DNA of 32,000 nucleotides from Candidatus Blochmanniella floridana (lineage in GTDB: Bacteria; Pseudomonadota; Gammaproteobacteria; Enterobacterales; Enterobacteriaceae), in assembly GCA_000043285.1 (NCBI GenBank), contig BX248583.1, positions 180,001-212,000 on the forward strand, given 5' to 3'. Below, one piece after another: positions 28,858 through 32,000 of the stretch. Under the pieces are notes generated by a model. It did not search any database, was not told the DNA's origin, and was given only the letters and a program-made list of their open reading frames with translations. The translations under genes and the position numbers were made by a program. Each line of letters starts with the position of its first letter. Position 1 is the first letter of the stretch.

Positions 28858-29943
28858 ATGCAAAAGAATAATTTAGGTAATATAAATTTTTGTGATATAA
28901 GTTCTTTGCTTTCTCCTAAACAATTAAAATCTCAATTTCCTTTAACGTATGTTGATCAACTTTTTATTGAAGAAACACAAAATATTATTATAAATATTAT
29001 TCAAAAAAAAGATCCTCGTTTGTTGATTATATGTGGTCCTTGTTCTATTCATGATGTGAACGCTGCTTTTGATTATGCCAAGAAATTAAAATCTTTATCA
29101 TTAGAATTGCAAGATCAATTATATATTGTAATGAGAGTATATTTAGAAAAACCTCGTACTACAATTGGATGGAAAGGATTAATTAATGATCCTTATATAG
29201 ATGGTTCTTGTGATATTCAGTCTGGATTAAAAATTGCTCGTCAATTATTATTGCAATTAATAAAAATTAAATTGCCTGTAGCGACTGAAATATTAAATCC
29301 AAATGTTCCTCAATATATTGGAGATTTATTTAGTTGGGTAGCTATTGGGGCTCGTACTACAGAGTCACAGATACATCGAGAAATAGCTTCTAGTTTTCAG
29401 TCGGTAATAGGTTTTAAAAATAGTACTCATGGAGATATTGATCATGCAATTAATGCAATACGTGCAGCTTCCATGTCTCATAATTATATTAGTATTGATC
29501 AATCTGGGCAGGTGTGTTCATTACATACTAAAGGAAATACAAATAGTCATATAATTTTAAGAGGAGGGATTCAACCTAATTATTATCCAGAAAATATTAT
29601 TTGTTGTGAAAAAAAAATAACAGAAATAGGGTTACCTATAACATTAATGATCGATTGTAGTCATGGTAATTCTAATAAGGATTATCATCGTCAAATAGAT
29701 GTAGCTCAATCTATTTTAAATCAAATAAAGTTGGGTAATCATTCTATTATAGGATTAATGATGGAAAGTTATATTTATCCTGGAAATCAAATAGTAGATT
29801 TGACGCATACTTCTTCTATTAAAATGCAGTATGGGGTATCTATAACAGATGCTTGTATAGATTGGGATTCAACTGAACGATTATTAAGATGCTTACATAA
29901 AGAATTGAAACCATTTCTTTCTACTCGTTTAAAAAGAGTATGA
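28858..29943 (+). CDS. aroF: 3-deoxy-7-phosphoheptulonate (DAHP) synthase, class I
   Basis: DPRLLIICGPCSIHD, VMRVYLEKPRTTIGWKGLINDP, GDLFSWVAIGARTTESQIHRE, GFKNSTHG, IDCSHGNSNKDY and YGVSITDACIDW are present. The aroF paralogue assignment rests on the MQK N-terminus and the immediately downstream tyrA, as in the E. coli aroF-tyrA operon. Confidence 0.88.
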   Translation: MQKNNLGNINFCDISSLLSPKQLKSQFPLTYVDQLFIEETQNIIINIIQKKDPRLLIICGPCSIHDVNAAFDYAKKLKSLSLELQDQLYIVMRVYLEKPRTTIGWKGLINDPYIDGSCDIQSGLKIARQLLLQLIKIKLPVATEILNPNVPQYIGDLFSWVAIGARTTESQIHREIASSFQSVIGFKNSTHGDIDHAINAIRAASMSHNYISIDQSGQVCSLHTKGNTNSHIILRGGIQPNYYPENIICCEKKITEIGLPITLMIDCSHGNSNKDYHRQIDVAQSILNQIKLGNHSIIGLMMESYIYPGNQIVDLTHTSSIKMQYGVSITDACIDWDSTERLLRCLHKELKPFLSTRLKRV

Positions 29944-29949
29944 GCGATC

Positions 29950-31083
29950 ATGATGGATAGATTAAATTTTTTACGTAGTGAAATTGATAAAATAGATCAA
30001 AGTTTGTTAAATTTATTATCTAAAAGATTATCATTAGTTTCTCAGGTAGGTGAAATTAAAAGTCAACTTGGTTTATTTATTTATGATCCGGAAAGAGAAA
30101 AGATGATTTTATCTCAAAGAAAACAGGAAGCATTAAAATTAGGTATTTCTCCTAATTTGGTCAGAGATATATTACGTCGAATTATGCGAGAGTCTTATTC
30201 TTATGAAAATGAAAAAGGATTTAAAAAGTTATATCCAAGTTCTAGGCCAGTGGTGATTATTGGGGGTAATGGCCGAATGGGACAATTTTTCTTTAAAATG
30301 TTAACTTTATCAGGATATCAAGTAAGAATTTTAGATCAAGATGATTGGATACATGCTAAGTCTATATTAACTAATGTTGGTGTAGTGTTTATTAGTGTAC
30401 CTATTTATTCGGTAATCAAAGTAATTAATCAATTACCTCATTTATCGAATGATTGTATTATCGTGGATTTGTCTTCTGTAAAAAAGAGTTCTTTAACAGC
30501 TATATTAAAGATTCATACTGGACCAGTTTTAGGATTACATCCAATGTTTAGTCCGGATACTACTATTACCGCTAGTATGATAAAAAAAGTTGTAATTTGT
30601 TGTGACGGTCGTTATCCTCAAGAATATCAATGGTTATTGCAGCAGTTAAAATTATGGGGAGCAAAAGTATATTATTGTAATTTTATTGAACATGATAAGT
30701 ATATGAGTTTTATACAAAGTTTATGTCATTTTACAATTTTTGTTATGGGATATCATTTGTTTAAAGAAAATATTGATTTAAAAAAAATTTTATCTTTTTC
30801 TTCCCCAATGTTTCAATTGGAATTAATATTAATAGGCCGATTATTTACACAAAATCCTCAATTATATGCAGATATTATTATGTCATCTAAAAATAATATT
30901 ATTGTAATTAAGCGTTATTATAAAAGATTAGGAAAAATGTTAATGTTATTGGAACAAAATAATAAAGAAGAATTTATAAATCAATTTAAAAAAATTAAAT
31001 GTTGGTTAGATAGTTATGCTGGTATTTTTTTAAAAGATAGCTCAAATTTATTAAAATATATTAATGATATTCAGGAATATTAA
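29950..31083 (+). CDS. tyrA: bifunctional chorismate mutase / prephenate dehydrogenase (T-protein)
   Basis: LRSEIDKIDQSLLNLLSKRLSLVSQVGEIK, RRIMRESY, GGNGRMG, LSGYQVRIL, VDLSSVK, GPVLGLHPMF (catalytic His), IGRLFTQNPQLYADIIMSS and IKRYYKR are collinear with E. coli TyrA. Starts 6 nt after the aroF stop. Confidence 0.93.
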   Translation: MMDRLNFLRSEIDKIDQSLLNLLSKRLSLVSQVGEIKSQLGLFIYDPEREKMILSQRKQEALKLGISPNLVRDILRRIMRESYSYENEKGFKKLYPSSRPVVIIGGNGRMGQFFFKMLTLSGYQVRILDQDDWIHAKSILTNVGVVFISVPIYSVIKVINQLPHLSNDCIIVDLSSVKKSSLTAILKIHTGPVLGLHPMFSPDTTITASMIKKVVICCDGRYPQEYQWLLQQLKLWGAKVYYCNFIEHDKYMSFIQSLCHFTIFVMGYHLFKENIDLKKILSFSSPMFQLELILIGRLFTQNPQLYADIIMSSKNNIIVIKRYYKRLGKMLMLLEQNNKEEFINQFKKIKCWLDSYAGIFLKDSSNLLKYINDIQEY

Positions 31084-31155
31084 TATATATTGTATTATTT
31101 AATATAATGTTGTTATGTATATTAAAGATTTAGATTGTCATAAAGAGTATTTATA

Positions 31156-32000
31156 TTAAGTATATTGTTGGTATGGTTGGTATGCAATAGTAGAGTAGCA
31201 ACCTAATATTTTTAATGAATACGCAATGTTATAAATTTTGATTAATGCTTGTTGCGTGTATGTATGATGAAAATGAGCAGTTATTTCAAGAATAATTGAG
31301 TTTGTTGTATTATTTGGAAGTAGTGAACAGCATAATCTTAAAAAATTAATTTTTATTTTATAAAATTGTAATATTTTAAGTATTGAATATAATTTATTTA
31401 GTTTTGTATCAATAGATATTATAAGCATAATTTTTTCTAATATTGCAGTAGTGTTTGTAAATAGAAGATTTTCATTTTTTAGTATAATAAATCGAGTTGA
31501 ATTTAAAGGATAATTAGATATTATATATGGTGATAATAATAATGGGTGTAAACCATAAATTATACCTCCTTGAGTACTACCTAGGGCTGCTATGTTAGGC
31601 TGATTCAGATATGCAACTTTTTTAATAGCAATAGAACTGCTTTCACATAAAATAATTTTCCAGTGAGGAAATTTTTTTAAAAAATTACTACATTGTTGAA
31701 TGGGTTGTGGATGACTATATATGGTTTGAATTTGTTTTAAAGAACTGTTATAGTTATTAACTAAGATACGATGTTGTATAGGGATTGTAATATCTCCAAT
31801 TAATATGAGATGTGTTGTTAATAGTAAATCACATACTTCATTAATTAGGCCAGAATTAGAGTTTTCAATTGGTAATATTCCGTAATCTACTTGATTATTT
31901 TCTACTACATGTAAAATATCACTAAAATTTTGACAACTATATTCTGTAATTTTATTGAAATGGTAATTAGCATATTTTTTAGCTGCAATATGGGAATATG
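31156..32000 (-). CDS. pheA: bifunctional chorismate mutase / prephenate dehydratase (P-protein), C-terminal ~281 codons (5' end beyond base 32000)
   Basis: The reverse-strand reading is open from base 32000 down to the TAA (complement of 31156-31158). It reads YSHIAAKKYANYHF ... VDYGILPIENSNSGLINEV ... IQTIYSHPQPIQQCSNFLKKFPHWKI ... NSTRFIIL ... SLKILGCYS, collinear with E. coli PheA (GSYSHLAARQYAARHF ... ADYAVVPIENTSSGAINDV ... [23 protein letters not shown] ... NFTRFVVL ... SMKVLGCYP). The track's 90-aa ORF at 31156-31428 is only the stretch after the first in-window Met. Confidence 0.92.
   Translation of the reverse strand, partial: YSHIAAKKYANYHFNKITEYSCQNFSDILHVVENNQVDYGILPIENSNSGLINEVCDLLLTTHLILIGDITIPIQHRILVNNYNSSLKQIQTIYSHPQPIQQCSNFLKKFPHWKIILCESSSIAIKKVAYLNQPNIAALGSTQGGIIYGLHPLLLSPYIISNYPLNSTRFIILKNENLLFTNTTAILEKIMLIISIDTKLNKLYSILKILQFYKIKINFLRLCCSLLPNNTTNSIILEITAHFHHTYTQQALIKIYNIAYSLKILGCYSTIAYQPYQQYT

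Noticed and set aside
31156-31428. 90-aa stand-alone ORF on the - strand
   Set aside because: It is not a separate gene. The frame stays open upstream to base 32000 and the whole stretch aligns with PheA. The track started at the first Met available in the window.

Overview
This is a very AT-rich, gene-dense chromosomal segment from a genome-reduced, Enterobacterales-derived insect endosymbiont. The content fits Candidatus Blochmannia best: a full sulfate-assimilation set, aroF-tyrA/pheA, retained murein and division genes, and long AT spacers. That assignment is inference; no search was run, and all alignments below are against E. coli K-12 proteins recalled from memory. I call 24 intact protein genes, 2 tRNAs and 2 pseudogenes. 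Two genes run off the window ends on the minus strand and are absent or truncated in the ORF track: aceE at 1-2111 and pheA at 31156-32000. From pyrG to pheA the order is the E. coli K-12 order (pyrG-eno / cysJIH / cysDNC-ftsB-ispD-ispF / nlpD / alaS-csrA-serV-argV / ffh-rpsP-rimM-trmD-rplS / aroF-tyrA, pheA convergent), with the intervening genes deleted. aceE and mrcB-erpA come from another E. coli region. I found no mobile element, CRISPR array, toxin-antitoxin, restriction or other defence or accessory system, and no unexplained long ORF, so I do not think this window hides a novel multi-gene system. What deserves a second look are signatures of decay and of released regulation. (i) The apparently empty 1.6-kb gap at 18.8-20.4 kb holds a full-length but multiply frameshifted and stopped ispD-ispF pair, so the MEP isoprenoid pathway is being lost while PBP1b, FtsB and NlpD are kept. 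(ii) PheA and TyrA carry substitutions at the residues that mediate Phe and Tyr feedback inhibition in E. coli. (iii) Ffh has Cys in place of two conserved SRP-GTPase arginines and a Met-depleted M domain. (iv) Two perfect 12-13-bp palindromes with related half-sites sit 55-90 nt upstream of aceE and erpA. (v) cysG sits in the cysH-cysD slot that holds iap plus CRISPR-Cas I-E in E. coli, giving one contiguous ~9-kb cysJIHGDNC block.
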